This document shows, piece by piece, positions 28,168 to 38,137 of a DNA stretch of 64,000 nucleotides (within the stretch, counting starts at the first letter, position 1; each line of letters starts with the position of its first letter). The notes under the pieces are model-generated. The model saw nothing but the letters and a program-made list of their open reading frames with translations, was not told the origin of the DNA and did no database searches. A program made the position numbers and the translations under genes. The stretch covers positions 62,001 to 126,000 of IMG/VR virus record IMGVR_UViG_3300046507_000773. One strand, given 5' to 3'.

Positions 28168-29529
28168 ATGGAAGAGAAAGAACAACACATCGGTCCGCAA
28201 ATGCCGAAAGATATCCACGAAGCCGTGGGCCGCGTTTCGGCTTGTCTGCGCCATGCACAGATCGAGTTCGATAACCTGATGGGTTTTCTGATCCAGAAGG
28301 GCTACTACATGCCGCCGGTGCCGGCCGCGATCCTGGACACCATGCTGCTGGATCGGCAGCTGGGCGCATCGCAAGAAGAGCCGGTCCCCGAAGTCCATCG
28401 CATCGAAGCACCGCTGACCATGACTCTTCAGGTCGGCGAAAAGCCTGTCATCTTGCAAAAGGGTGACAAGATTTTCATGCAAGAAGGCCTCGTCATGGTG
28501 CATCGCTACGTGGAAGCCGAAGGGGCGGTAAGCGGCGTTGGCGAGATCGTCGGCACGGGTGAGCCGGATGCGATTCTTGAGCAGTTCAAGGTGGCTTACA
28601 AAGAAGCCACTGGCGAGATCCCGGCACAGTTTCCGAAAGACAGTGACGCCGAGCAACTGGCGGCGCTCATCGCCGAAACCAAAGATCGCACTTCCCAGAG
28701 CGCAGCTGAACTGTATAACACGACGCATGCGCAGCTCCAGGGGCAGTTCGGTGGCATTGGTCGTCGCACCCTGGAAGCCATTCACGGCGTGCAAGAAGCA
28801 ATGGGTGAACTGTCGGATCTCACCGGTCCTGGTCGCAACAACGAGATCGACATCGACACGGCAATCGTCATGAAAGACGGCTTGCCGGACGGCACCGAGA
28901 CGATCATCCGCATGGGCGGCCACGAGTGGGGCATCAGCACGACGCTGGAAAAGAAACCTTCGGGTCCGATTCCGGATGTGGTCGCTGAAGTCGAAGCGGC
29001 AGGCGGTGTCGAGAAGCTGGCCAATACCGTGCACGACGTTCTGGCAATGGACCCGGTGGCTGAAGTACCGGCACCGCAGCGGGCGTTCCAGCGCATGATG
29101 GACAACTTCTTCGCCGAGCACAAAATCGGCATGTTCGAGAAGTTCTTCGACAGTCGCGTGATCGAAGGTGGCCAAGGTAACATCGGCATGGAACCCAAGC
29201 CGGAGAACTGGTACCTGACGCAATACGGTGAAGACATCTTGCGTGTCGGCCCGATCCGTACTGTCAGCTGGCCGCCGGGCATGTATCGTGACTACCGCAC
29301 GAAGGAGAACCAGCTCTTCCTCCGCACCCAGAACTTCTCGTTCGTGGTCACTGGCCTGCCAACCAAACCGGAAGCGATCCTGTACTCGCTCATCCGTAAC
29401 GGTTCGGCATCGAACTTCGAGCACATCAACGAAGCACCGGATTCGGAAAGCGAAATGGCGTTCATCGAACTCCTGGCTCTCCTGTCCGAGCTGAACTGGG
29501 CTTGCAAGACCTCGCAGAAAACGGAGTAA
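28168..29529 (+). CDS. Hypothetical acidic protein
   Basis: 453-aa ORF with RBS AAGGGA, co-transcribed with sbcC. Confidence 0.75.
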   Translation: MEEKEQHIGPQMPKDIHEAVGRVSACLRHAQIEFDNLMGFLIQKGYYMPPVPAAILDTMLLDRQLGASQEEPVPEVHRIEAPLTMTLQVGEKPVILQKGDKIFMQEGLVMVHRYVEAEGAVSGVGEIVGTGEPDAILEQFKVAYKEATGEIPAQFPKDSDAEQLAALIAETKDRTSQSAAELYNTTHAQLQGQFGGIGRRTLEAIHGVQEAMGELSDLTGPGRNNEIDIDTAIVMKDGLPDGTETIIRMGGHEWGISTTLEKKPSGPIPDVVAEVEAAGGVEKLANTVHDVLAMDPVAEVPAPQRAFQRMMDNFFAEHKIGMFEKFFDSRVIEGGQGNIGMEPKPENWYLTQYGEDILRVGPIRTVSWPPGMYRDYRTKENQLFLRTQNFSFVVTGLPTKPEAILYSLIRNGSASNFEHINEAPDSESEMAFIELLALLSELNWACKTSQKTE

Positions 29530-29531
29530 TC

Positions 29532-29582
29532 CGGCATAAGCGCCCCGCCTCAAAAGGGCGGGGCTTTATGACGCTTATGCTG
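29532..29582. terminator. Bidirectional terminator with doubled TTATG tail
   Basis: CGGCATAAGC-GCCCCGCC TCAAAAG GGCGGGGC-TTTATGACG-CTTATGCTG. Confidence 0.8.
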
Positions 29583-30195
29583 GCTTGATCCCGTTCTTGG
29601 CGATGTAGTCTTCAAGAATTGCGATCTGTTGCTGTGCTGCTTGTAACTGGTTAGCTGCGCTCAAGTACTTGGCGTAATCGGTTTGATTGGCCGCGATAAC
29701 TTGTTGACGTGATGCTTCGATGGCGTCATGCTCGGTGTAGTCCAGCACCGTTGGCGGAGAAGTTACCACCGGAACGATATTGGCACGCACACCTAACGTA
29801 TCGAACACCAAGTCGCCCATTTTCGTTTGCAAGAACGAAAGGTCGAGCGAATCAGGAATGGGAGCCAGATACGCTACCATCATCATCGTCCGATACGGAA
29901 CACCACCGCTGTTCGGTGCGCCACTGATGTAGCTCGATGGGACGGATGCCCAGTTACCCGAATCAGCACGGAACGTTACGATCTGCACACCAGCGTCAAC
30001 ATCCTTCTGGTATTGCTCTCGGGTCAGTTCCTTGGGCTGGTAGTACTTGGTGTACGGATCAGTGCCATCGGCTGCGATCTCTGCTAAGCTACGTACGCTT
30101 TCGCAGTTGTACAAGACGTTGGGGAGAAGGTCGTTATTAAACGGCTCGATAAGCGCGTAACGACCTTTCACCCCCAAAGCAGGAGTGAAGGCCAT
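29575..30195 (-). CDS. Conserved phiKZ-like hypothetical / virion protein
   Basis: RBS GGAGA; VPSSYI...P...GVPY motif and C-terminal coiled coil. Confidence 0.7.
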   Translation of the reverse strand: MAFTPALGVKGRYALIEPFNNDLLPNVLYNCESVRSLAEIAADGTDPYTKYYQPKELTREQYQKDVDAGVQIVTFRADSGNWASVPSSYISGAPNSGGVPYRTMMMVAYLAPIPDSLDLSFLQTKMGDLVFDTLGVRANIVPVVTSPPTVLDYTEHDAIEASRQQVIAANQTDYAKYLSAANQLQAAQQQIAILEDYIAKNGIKPA

Positions 30196-30204
30196 AATCT
30201 CTCC

Positions 30205-31515
30205 TTAGCCCGTGATGAAGTTCTTCTTCGCAGCAACCAGGTAGTTGATGTTCTGATAGTTCTTCACGATGTACAAGACGCCGTTACGGATGGTGCGGGT
30301 GTAACCGGCGGTGGTTGGGATACTGCTGTGCTCGGACATGATTTCAGCCCAGTTGAGCATCTCTTGCAGGATACTCAGGAAACCGCGGGTGGAGAGCGTC
30401 ATGCGGTTGAAGTCCATGCTGGTGGTCGAGACCGGCAGGTAGTCTGGGAAGATCTGCGAGAAGCGATACAGCTGATCGCGATTGTCCGGACCGCCGACAG
30501 CCATGATGGCCAGGCCGTTGTACGAGTGACCGAAGACACTTGCGAACGCATCGAAGACCGACGCCGGGTAGCCCGACACGGTTTGCTTGAACAGCGCAAG
30601 CGCTTCAGCGATCGGTACGTTCTGCGAATACACGCCCTGTTGGGTTTCCTTGTTGGGGATCGCCATGTTGGCCCAGAGCGGCATCAGGACGACTTCGGTG
30701 CGCTTGAAGATGTCCGGCAGGATCAAGGTCCAGTCTTCCCGCGAACGGGTGCTGTGCGAAAGGATGTATTCGACCAGCTTGTCCGAGATCGCATCGATGT
30801 TGTTGCCGGCTTCGCCGTAATGCAACAGACCCCAATTCGATACAGTATGAGCACCGGTGTGCGGATCGATGTAGTCGTATGGCTGCGAAACGAGCACAGA
30901 TTCCGGGTAGCCGTTCTTCGCATTTTGCATGCGCAAGAAGCGATCCGATTCCGTCACACTGGCAAGCAGTGCAGCCACCTCCGTCCCCGTCTTGAAGAAG
31001 TCGTCCAGATTATCGAACGGCGGGACCACCACGATTTCGAATTCGTCGTATTCACTGCGGAAGCTGTCATCGCAGAACCACAGACGGATTTCGTTATCCC
31101 CCAGCGTAGCGTCGGCTACGTTCTTCCACGACACCCACTCGGGCATCCAGTAGCGGCCGTCAGTTACAACCTGGCCGCAGCTAAAACTCTCCGCTTTACC
31201 AGCAAACGTGCCGATAAGATCGTTGAGCAGTTCGTCAGCATAGACTTGCTGACCATTGCTGAGGGTCTGGGCGTAGATGTACTTGGCGATGCCGAGGACA
31301 TGATCCGCCATCGAAGCATCGACCGGCTTTAAGACGCCGTCCTTAGCAGACAGGAACGACACCAGAGTAAGACCCGGTGCAACGTTACTCGTGTATTCGC
31401 CCTTCTCACGGGAGAAGGTTCGGGCGTGAGTCGAGAGCTCCCCGATTTTTGCCACTGTTGCGACAGTGTTGTCGGCAAAGCTGGCATTTGAAATGAAACC
31501 TTTAAGTGCGTACAT
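30205..31515 (-). CDS. Virion structural protein (phiKZ gp157-like)
   Basis: Start MYALKGF with RBS AGGAG; motifs IGELS...TFSRE, FRSEYDEFEI and DFNRM. Confidence 0.65.
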   Translation of the reverse strand: MYALKGFISNASFADNTVATVAKIGELSTHARTFSREKGEYTSNVAPGLTLVSFLSAKDGVLKPVDASMADHVLGIAKYIYAQTLSNGQQVYADELLNDLIGTFAGKAESFSCGQVVTDGRYWMPEWVSWKNVADATLGDNEIRLWFCDDSFRSEYDEFEIVVVPPFDNLDDFFKTGTEVAALLASVTESDRFLRMQNAKNGYPESVLVSQPYDYIDPHTGAHTVSNWGLLHYGEAGNNIDAISDKLVEYILSHSTRSREDWTLILPDIFKRTEVVLMPLWANMAIPNKETQQGVYSQNVPIAEALALFKQTVSGYPASVFDAFASVFGHSYNGLAIMAVGGPDNRDQLYRFSQIFPDYLPVSTTSMDFNRMTLSTRGFLSILQEMLNWAEIMSEHSSIPTTAGYTRTIRNGVLYIVKNYQNINYLVAAKKNFITG

Positions 31516-31636
31516 CAAACTCTCCTGCGAGTTTAGGGACTCTTCTAGTAAAAAGAACGAAAAGTCAGCATAAAAAGTTGACAAGTCGTTCCGGATCTGG
31601 TAAAACGATTCTATAAAATAACCAAAAAAGGAAATC

Positions 31637-32086
31637 ATGGGCTTTATCAAAATCCTTACGTTCCTCTGGCCGTTCGTAAAAGAACTGACTCTGGGGGACA
31701 AAACGCTTATCGAAGCGCTTAAGACGAACAAGAAGAAAGTCTTCTTCGCAGCACTGGTAATGCTGTCGTTCGCCATCAACATTTTCGTCGTCCCGAAACT
31801 GGTTGCCATCTCCAACAACCATGTGATTCTTCAACGAGAACACGATGCCTTGAAAGCAAAGTGTGAAGCCCCCAAAACCTCCCCAATCAAAGGAGGAACG
31901 CCAGTGCATGAGGAAGTAGCTCCATCTCGTGCTCCGGTGAAAACTGTCGAGACCCTGCCAACTGTCACGGCGCCAAAAGAAACTCCGAAGAGTAAGCCGG
32001 CTCCCTCTGCTGAGCGTATCACTCGTCTGCGTTCGACGTTTGACGAAATCCGTAAGCAAGAAGAGCAGGAAAACAAGGAAAACTAA
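31637..32086 (+). CDS. Membrane-anchored protein (second i-spanin-like candidate)
   Basis: One TM helix, short coiled coil with a Cys, Pro-rich linker and C-terminal helix. Confidence 0.6.
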   Translation: MGFIKILTFLWPFVKELTLGDKTLIEALKTNKKKVFFAALVMLSFAINIFVVPKLVAISNNHVILQREHDALKAKCEAPKTSPIKGGTPVHEEVAPSRAPVKTVETLPTVTAPKETPKSKPAPSAERITRLRSTFDEIRKQEEQENKEN

Positions 32087-32089
32087 AAC

Positions 32090-32503
32090 ATGAAAAAGTC
32101 CAAAACTATCCCATTCCTGATGCTCATGATTGTACTTGTTGGCTGCAATAGCTTTAACAAGTACGAGCTGAAAGATGACACGTACCACACCCCTCGCTTC
32201 CAAACCAATTGGGACAGGGGTATGACTGCCGATAAACCTGTGGAGGAAACTTCGGGCAGGGACATGGGAACATGCCCCCCTTTCCAAATGCCCGAATTAC
32301 CCAAGCGTCCGGACTTACCGTATCAACTCCTGGCTCAGATCAAGCCGGGGGACGACGCCGCCATCGATGCCGTCTACCAGAAGCACATCATCGACTTGCG
32401 TAACCACGCTATTAACGTGGAACGAACTGTTCGTAAAGCGTACAGTCGCTATACGGAAGATTGCGCCAGTTACATCGCTAAACAAGCGGTGGCAAAGCAA
32501 TAG
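32090..32503 (+). CDS. Lipoprotein (second o-spanin-like candidate)
   Basis: Lipobox LVGC; Pro-rich CPPFQMPELPKRPDLP, then a helix and a second Cys. Confidence 0.65.
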   Translation: MKKSKTIPFLMLMIVLVGCNSFNKYELKDDTYHTPRFQTNWDRGMTADKPVEETSGRDMGTCPPFQMPELPKRPDLPYQLLAQIKPGDDAAIDAVYQKHIIDLRNHAINVERTVRKAYSRYTEDCASYIAKQAVAKQ

Positions 32504-32580
32504 TCTTTTTTAACGGGCTGATCTATCTTGTAGTGAAAATTGCTTAGGGCCGATTGGCTCCGTTAAACTAAGGGAAACGA

Positions 32581-34065
32581 ATGAAACAAGGTATCGTACT
32601 TTACACCGACGGTGGTGCACGACCGAACCCCGGCTTTGCTGGTTCGGGTATCCATGGCTACGTCTTCTCGGAAGAGGCGCCCAAAAAGGGAGCAGGTCAG
32701 GGTAGCAACATCTTGACTACCGAAGGTTACGTATTGAAGTCTGAAGTGCCGAACATGGCCATTCAGCCTGTCGAAGTGACGCCCCTCAATTACATTGACG
32801 GCTTCCTGTCCTTCGATCGTCCTGTCACGAACAACGTGGCAGAACTCGTGGGTGCTACCGAAGCACTCATTTACGCCAAGGAATTCGTCGTCGACCGCGT
32901 CTTGCTGCGTTGCGATAGCGAGTACGTGCGTAAGGGCCTGGAGGGTTGGATTCGTCTCTGGTCCAAGAACAACTGGATGCAACGCGACGGCGTGACTCCA
33001 GTCAAGAATAAAGAAGAATGGATTCGTCTGGACGAAGCCCGCAATCTCCTGGAAGCCCGCGGTACGGTTGTCGAAGTCAAGTGGGTCAAGGGTCACAATG
33101 ACGACTTGGGTAACGAGCTGGCTGATCGCCTGGCCACCCTGGGCGTCATGAAGTCTCGCTCCGGCGCTGGCGCATTCCGTGTCATGGAACTCTCGCCTGC
33201 CGACGGTTACTGGAAGTACGACCAGGAACGTCACCCGTTCATCGCTTCGCGTAACATCTACTTCAACACCGGCTACGGTCAGCATAAGCCTGGCACCTAC
33301 TTCACGGGCGACCATGGCACTGAAGACGACATGTTTGCTAAGCGCATCAGCGATGGTGCGTACGCCATGATCGTTCTGAAGGAACCGGACCCGGTCGTTG
33401 AAAAGGTGATTGGCATTCAGCAAGAGATGGCCGAGCACCATGAAAACCTCGTGATGATGCGACTGGACAACCTGTTCCGCGCTGACACGCACAAGGAAGT
33501 TTCGGCCTGGGGTTCGCTTGCCATGATGCGTAACGACGTCGACCGTCTCGACCTGTACTGCCTGGATCACCATCCGGAAGACCCTCGCCCGATGACGCGC
33601 GAGTTCCGTCCGGCGAAGCTGGCTTGGCGCGCAGTTGAAACCACGGCGATGTTAGAAGAGAAATTGAACGACTATCTCAGCAAGAACGGCAAAGTCGAAG
33701 CTACGGATTTGACCGCTATTCTTTATGAGACAAGCGAGAAAGCTCCGAAGAAAGGTGCTGAACTTGTAAAGACAATGAAGTTCAACTCGCAGTTCAACGT
33801 GGGCTTTGCCGCACTGCCGGTAGAAGCGCGGTTCCGTGGCCCCGATGGGGTCCTCAAGACGGCACCTGTGATCCTGTCTCTGGGCATCGACATGTTGCCC
33901 CGCAACCCGCTGAAGCGACTGGAAGAACTCATGCCGGTCGTGACGCTCATCACATGGTCGGATTCCGATGATGTCTTCCGTTACGCAACTGTTATCGAAG
34001 CTGACGGCAACGTCGGCATCTGGGCAGGTGTGTACAGTAACATCCGCGTTATCCAGAAATCTTAA
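32581..34065 (+). CDS. rnhA: RNase HI with long C-terminal extension (phiKZ gp155-like)
   Basis: LYTDGG, TNNVAEL, CDSEYV, WVKGH and GNELADRLA. Confidence 0.9.
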   Translation: MKQGIVLYTDGGARPNPGFAGSGIHGYVFSEEAPKKGAGQGSNILTTEGYVLKSEVPNMAIQPVEVTPLNYIDGFLSFDRPVTNNVAELVGATEALIYAKEFVVDRVLLRCDSEYVRKGLEGWIRLWSKNNWMQRDGVTPVKNKEEWIRLDEARNLLEARGTVVEVKWVKGHNDDLGNELADRLATLGVMKSRSGAGAFRVMELSPADGYWKYDQERHPFIASRNIYFNTGYGQHKPGTYFTGDHGTEDDMFAKRISDGAYAMIVLKEPDPVVEKVIGIQQEMAEHHENLVMMRLDNLFRADTHKEVSAWGSLAMMRNDVDRLDLYCLDHHPEDPRPMTREFRPAKLAWRAVETTAMLEEKLNDYLSKNGKVEATDLTAILYETSEKAPKKGAELVKTMKFNSQFNVGFAALPVEARFRGPDGVLKTAPVILSLGIDMLPRNPLKRLEELMPVVTLITWSDSDDVFRYATVIEADGNVGIWAGVYSNIRVIQKS

Positions 34066-34115
34066 ATCTTAACCTTAGGTCCCTACCCACACCAGGGTAG
34101 GGGTGGAGCTACTAC

Positions 34116-34538
34116 ATGAAACTGAAAAGTCTGCCGACCTCTTTTGCAGCAGGGGTGGTTTCTTTTCTGGGCAGTATCACACTGTCCACGAAAATGAAAC
34201 GTCTGGTTTTGCTGGCTTCGGTTTCGGGTCGTTTGAAAGAGCCAGCAACGTTTAATAACGAAACGTTAGCGAAGCTGAATCAGGTCATGGAAATGGGCAA
34301 GCGTGACGAAGCCCTCATGGTCCCGGTCCAGCTGAGCAAAGCAATCTGGCACGGTCAAACGTCTCTCGAAATCATCGACGACGAACCCAACAGCATCGTT
34401 GCTGACGAAGATCGCATTGTTCGAGCCGCTACGCGAATCTTTGAACGCATGCCCAAATGGTTGCGCTACGGGCCAAAAGAAGTTGTCATGCCCGATCTGA
34501 TCAAGTTACTGCGTGTCCAACCATTTGTCCTGGGCTAA
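34116..34538 (+). CDS. Hypothetical protein
   Basis: RBS GGAG; 140 aa. Confidence 0.7.
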   Translation: MKLKSLPTSFAAGVVSFLGSITLSTKMKRLVLLASVSGRLKEPATFNNETLAKLNQVMEMGKRDEALMVPVQLSKAIWHGQTSLEIIDDEPNSIVADEDRIVRAATRIFERMPKWLRYGPKEVVMPDLIKLLRVQPFVLG

Positions 34539-34547
34539 CATCCCGGT

Positions 34548-34600
34548 CGGCATACAGCCCCGTCCTCACAAGGGACGGGGCCTTTATGACGTTTATGCCG
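34548..34600. terminator. Bidirectional terminator with doubled TTTATG tail
   Basis: CGGCATACA-GCCCCGTCC TCACAAG GGACGGGGC-CTTTATGACG-TTTATGCCG. Confidence 0.8.
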
Positions 34601-35411
34601 TCATCGACTTCTTGAAGTGTTCCAGCGTCTGGTTCACGGTACCGGTCAGTTCCATCATGCGGTAGTAGACCACCGAGAAGAATTCCAGTTCCGAACCCAG
34701 CTGGTAGGCGCCTTCCGAGATCGCCTTGACGACCTGCGGGGAAACCTTTTCCAGTTCGCCGCGTTCGATCTTATCGGCCAGCACCGACAGAAGCTCGACG
34801 GTTTCTTCGATCTTCTTGTTCAGCACCTTGCGGTCGACCTTGGCAAGCGAATTGTTCATGTGCTCGATGAGGCCGATGACTTCTTTCCAGTCGCCGTTAC
34901 GCTGCACCAGGTTGCCGTAGGTGGTGGTCGTGCCGGTGTCGCCTTTCTTGAAGCACTTGCCGATGTTCTCGTAGAGCTTCTCGCGTTCCTTTTCCAGGCC
35001 GCTGAAGCCGCGCTGCAGATCGCTCGAGCTCATCTGGAAGCTGTGGTCGTTGATGAGACGCGAGATGATCATCGTGTAGTCCGGCAGGTAACGATGGAAC
35101 ACGTCAGCTGCACGCTCGACTGCGGGTTTCAGAACTTCCACGTAGTCGACCAGAGGAACGGCCAGGCCGGCTGGTTTGTAGGCGGTCAGATCTGCCACAT
35201 CCAGATAGGTATGTTTCGGCAGTTCGCGCAGCAAGAAGCTTTGCTCGGAGGACAGCGAGACACCCGGTTCATTCGGCGAGAAACGACCGACGAACGACGT
35301 GATGCCTTCGGTGACCGAGGGGAAGACGCGCTTGAGCAGTCCGGCGACATCGCTGATTGCAAAAGCTTCCAGCGAGACGACTTCGCGCTGGTGGATGAGT
35401 TGTTTGTTCAT
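34593..35411 (-). CDS. Virion head protein, protease-processed (phiKZ gp153-like)
   Basis: N-terminal VVSLE|AF fits S/A/G-x-E head-protease sites; divergent from uvsX. Confidence 0.6.
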   Translation of the reverse strand: MNKQLIHQREVVSLEAFAISDVAGLLKRVFPSVTEGITSFVGRFSPNEPGVSLSSEQSFLLRELPKHTYLDVADLTAYKPAGLAVPLVDYVEVLKPAVERAADVFHRYLPDYTMIISRLINDHSFQMSSSDLQRGFSGLEKEREKLYENIGKCFKKGDTGTTTTYGNLVQRNGDWKEVIGLIEHMNNSLAKVDRKVLNKKIEETVELLSVLADKIERGELEKVSPQVVKAISEGAYQLGSELEFFSVVYYRMMELTGTVNQTLEHFKKSMTA

Positions 35412-35594
35412 TGTGTTGTCCACATAGTTGGTGAAGGAAATCCCCAGGGATATCGAAGGAATCATAAACTGGTAATCACATAAAATTAAACTGAACCCTC
35501 GGATTATCTGAGAAGGTAGAGTTCGCTAACAATTTCGTCTAACTAAACTGCGTACCAAGACGGTGCGTAGCCCATCAATCAACTGGAGAAGTAA

Positions 35595-37142
35595 GTGTTC
35601 CAACCTCCCGCACTCCGACCCGGCTTTACGCCCGCTACTCCGATTCAGGTCATGATCAACCTGGGTTCCCTCATGGATATTCCGACCGGTACCCCTGTGA
35701 AAGGTGTCCGTGGCGAAACGATCATTAACGGCGGCCTGGGCAATCTGACCGGCGTTGTCGGCATCGGTAACAACTTCAAGTCGACTGTCCTGCACCACAT
35801 GCTCCTGACCGCCATGGGTCGCATGAAGGACTCGTTCGGTAATACCTACGACACCGAAATCAACATCCACGAAACGCACCTGCAAAAGCTCGCCGACCGC
35901 ATCGAAGAGCTGGGTGGCGAAATGGTGTTCGACACGGGTCGCTGGGTCATCACCTCCAAGAAAGAACACTCGGCCGACGAGTGGTACGACATCCTCCGCG
36001 ACTTCCTCGTGCAAAAGCCGAAGGAAAAGAAGATGATGGTCACCACGCCATTCAAGAGCCGCGACAAAGTCAACGCACTGCAAATCCTGCTACCGACCTT
36101 TACCGAGGTGGACAGCCTGTCCGAATTCGTGACGAGGAACGTCATGGAAACCCAAGCGAACAATTCGCTGGGTGACTCGGGCGCCAACATGGTCTACATG
36201 CAACAAGGCCAGCAGAAGAACCGCTTCCTGATGGAAATCCCAGCCCTGGCTGGTGCCGCTTACAACTACACGTTGATGACGGCTCACATCGGTTCCGAGT
36301 TCAACATGGACCCACGCAACCCTGCCCCGAAAAAGCTGCAGCACCTGAAGGGCGGTGTCAAGCTCAAAGGCGTGCCGGAGAAGTTCACCTTCCTGATGAA
36401 CAACTGCTGGCACTGCTACAACGCTGCTCCGCTCATCAACCAGACCACCAAGGCGCCGGAATACCCGCGTGACTCGGACGATGATCTGAAGGGCGACACT
36501 GACCTGAACGAAGTCATCGTGCGTCAGCTGCGTTCCAAGTCGGGTCCGTCGGGCATGGCAGTTACTCTCATCGTTTCGCAGACCGAAGGTGTGCTGCCGA
36601 CCCTGTCGGAGTTCCACCACTGCAAGACGAGCGAGCGTTACGGCTTCGAAGGTAACGACAAGAACTACAACATGGCACTGCGTCCGGAAGTCAAGCTGGC
36701 ACGACACACGGTGCGTGGCAAGATCGATTCCGATGCGCTGCTGCGCCGGGCAATCGAAGTGACTGCCGACATGTGCCAGATGGACCAGCTGTGGCATCAC
36801 CTCGACGAAGGTTTCCTCTGCACGCCGAAGGAACTCTACGACGACCTGATTGCCAAAGGTTATGACTGGGACATCCTGCTCAACAGCCGTCGCTGGTGGT
36901 GCTTGACGGACGATGAGCCGAACCAGTTGCCGTTCCTCTCGACCATGGACCTGCTGTACATGCGTCAAGGCACGTACCATCCGTACTGGCTGGCATCGGA
37001 CAAGCGTACTGTCTTGCCGGGCAACCGTGTTGGCGATGCAGCAGCAGAAGCGACGATCGCAATCGGCAAAGCTGCGAAGACCTCGAAAGTCGTCGTGGCA
37101 CCTGTGAAGGAAGCAAGCTATGTGGAAGTAATCGAAGCGTAA
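35595..37142 (+). CDS. uvsX: UvsX/RecA-like recombinase (phiKZ gp152-like)
   Basis: LMDIPTG, P-loop GIGNNFKST, YDTE, VDSLS, MTAH and LRSKSGPSG. Confidence 0.82.
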   Translation: MFQPPALRPGFTPATPIQVMINLGSLMDIPTGTPVKGVRGETIINGGLGNLTGVVGIGNNFKSTVLHHMLLTAMGRMKDSFGNTYDTEINIHETHLQKLADRIEELGGEMVFDTGRWVITSKKEHSADEWYDILRDFLVQKPKEKKMMVTTPFKSRDKVNALQILLPTFTEVDSLSEFVTRNVMETQANNSLGDSGANMVYMQQGQQKNRFLMEIPALAGAAYNYTLMTAHIGSEFNMDPRNPAPKKLQHLKGGVKLKGVPEKFTFLMNNCWHCYNAAPLINQTTKAPEYPRDSDDDLKGDTDLNEVIVRQLRSKSGPSGMAVTLIVSQTEGVLPTLSEFHHCKTSERYGFEGNDKNYNMALRPEVKLARHTVRGKIDSDALLRRAIEVTADMCQMDQLWHHLDEGFLCTPKELYDDLIAKGYDWDILLNSRRWWCLTDDEPNQLPFLSTMDLLYMRQGTYHPYWLASDKRTVLPGNRVGDAAAEATIAIGKAAKTSKVVVAPVKEASYVEVIEA

Positions 37143-37158
37143 TCGAGCATTACGGATC

Positions 37159-37184
37159 AGCGGGGGCTTCGGCCCCTGCTTTTT
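37159..37184 (+). terminator. Intrinsic terminator
   Basis: GC-rich stem (AGCGGGGG/CCCCTGCT) with a CTTCGG-type loop, followed by TTTT. Confidence 0.8.
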
Positions 37185-37220
37185 CCGCACAACAATAATT
37201 CATTCCAAAAGGGACGTCTC

Positions 37221-37376
37221 ATGAAAATCGTTATCGCAATCGTTGTTGGTCTTGCAGTCATTTGCCTTTATAAGGCATTCAAGAATAAAAATAATTCTGC
37301 ACAGAAAGATTCGTTCAACAATTATGAGAGCGACGATGTTTCGCTCGTTGGATCACTCAATTTTGGCGACAATTAA
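37221..37376 (+). CDS. Small AT-rich single-pass membrane protein (51 aa)
   Basis: Hand translation MKIVIAIVVGLAVICLYKAFKNKNNSAQKDSFNNYESDDVSLVGSLNFGDN; RBS AAGGGA. Confidence 0.55.
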   Translation: MKIVIAIVVGLAVICLYKAFKNKNNSAQKDSFNNYESDDVSLVGSLNFGDN

Positions 37377-37391
37377 AACTCGGAGTTAGTC

Positions 37392-37865
37392 ATGGTTCAC
37401 GCGGATAACCGCTTTGCACAGCATTCGTACGTAGTCAATAACCGGCACAAAGTCTACCGTGTCAAGAATGTTCCCGGCACTTGCTGGGACCCGGTGAGTC
37501 GGAACCCTGCGTACCTGTTGGTGCTCGTCGGTCATCCGGATGAATGCGGAATCTTTGTGGAGAAAGAAGCAGGCCACAAGGACTTCAAGCAATTCGTGCA
37601 AAAGAAGGAAGAGCATACGGAAGCCACTCCGGAACTCTTCAAGAAGGGCGACACGGTACTGCACATCGCAACTGGTGGCACTTACCCGATCACGCATCTG
37701 CCGAGCGAAAACGTGCTGGAGAACAGCCGTCGGCCCGCTTACGGTTATACGTTGCCTGACGGTCGCACCTGCTGGCGTGCTCAGCATGAAATGGAAGACG
37801 GCCGGTTCACACGTGTGGACAGCAGTCTGGCCAAGCTGATGGCGGCCACGAGTTTCCAGCTCTGA
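37392..37865 (+). CDS. Hypothetical protein with two related small beta-rich (SH3/DUF1653-like) modules
   Basis: C-terminal FKKGDTVLHIATGGTY...PAYGY...WRAQHEMEDGRF; the N-half has a similar Y.V...PAY pattern. Confidence 0.6.
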   Translation: MVHADNRFAQHSYVVNNRHKVYRVKNVPGTCWDPVSRNPAYLLVLVGHPDECGIFVEKEAGHKDFKQFVQKKEEHTEATPELFKKGDTVLHIATGGTYPITHLPSENVLENSRRPAYGYTLPDGRTCWRAQHEMEDGRFTRVDSSLAKLMAATSFQL

Positions 37866-37918
37866 CTCCGAAACAGAATAACTAACGTTGCGCCAATCCT
37901 TTAACTAGGAAGGCTGCT

Positions 37919-38134
37919 GTGTTTAAGTTTATGCAAATGCTAAACGACGAAATAGGTCGTCGGGTAGTGACAGTTGTAGAAGATGTTCGCTTTGACCCTG
38001 CTGCTGGTAAGTTCCGGATTGTGCTGCTCAACTGCAAGACGCGTGAGATCCGAACCGAGTATTACTATAGCAACGAACTCAATGATCGTTTCACACGCTT
38101 TGGCGTCGTGAACTCAACCAAACAAAGGAAGTAA
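37919..38134 (+). CDS. Small hypothetical protein
   Basis: RBS AGGAAGG; 71 aa. Confidence 0.55.
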   Translation: MFKFMQMLNDEIGRRVVTVVEDVRFDPAAGKFRIVLLNCKTREIRTEYYYSNELNDRFTRFGVVNSTKQRK

Positions 38135-38137
38135 ATC

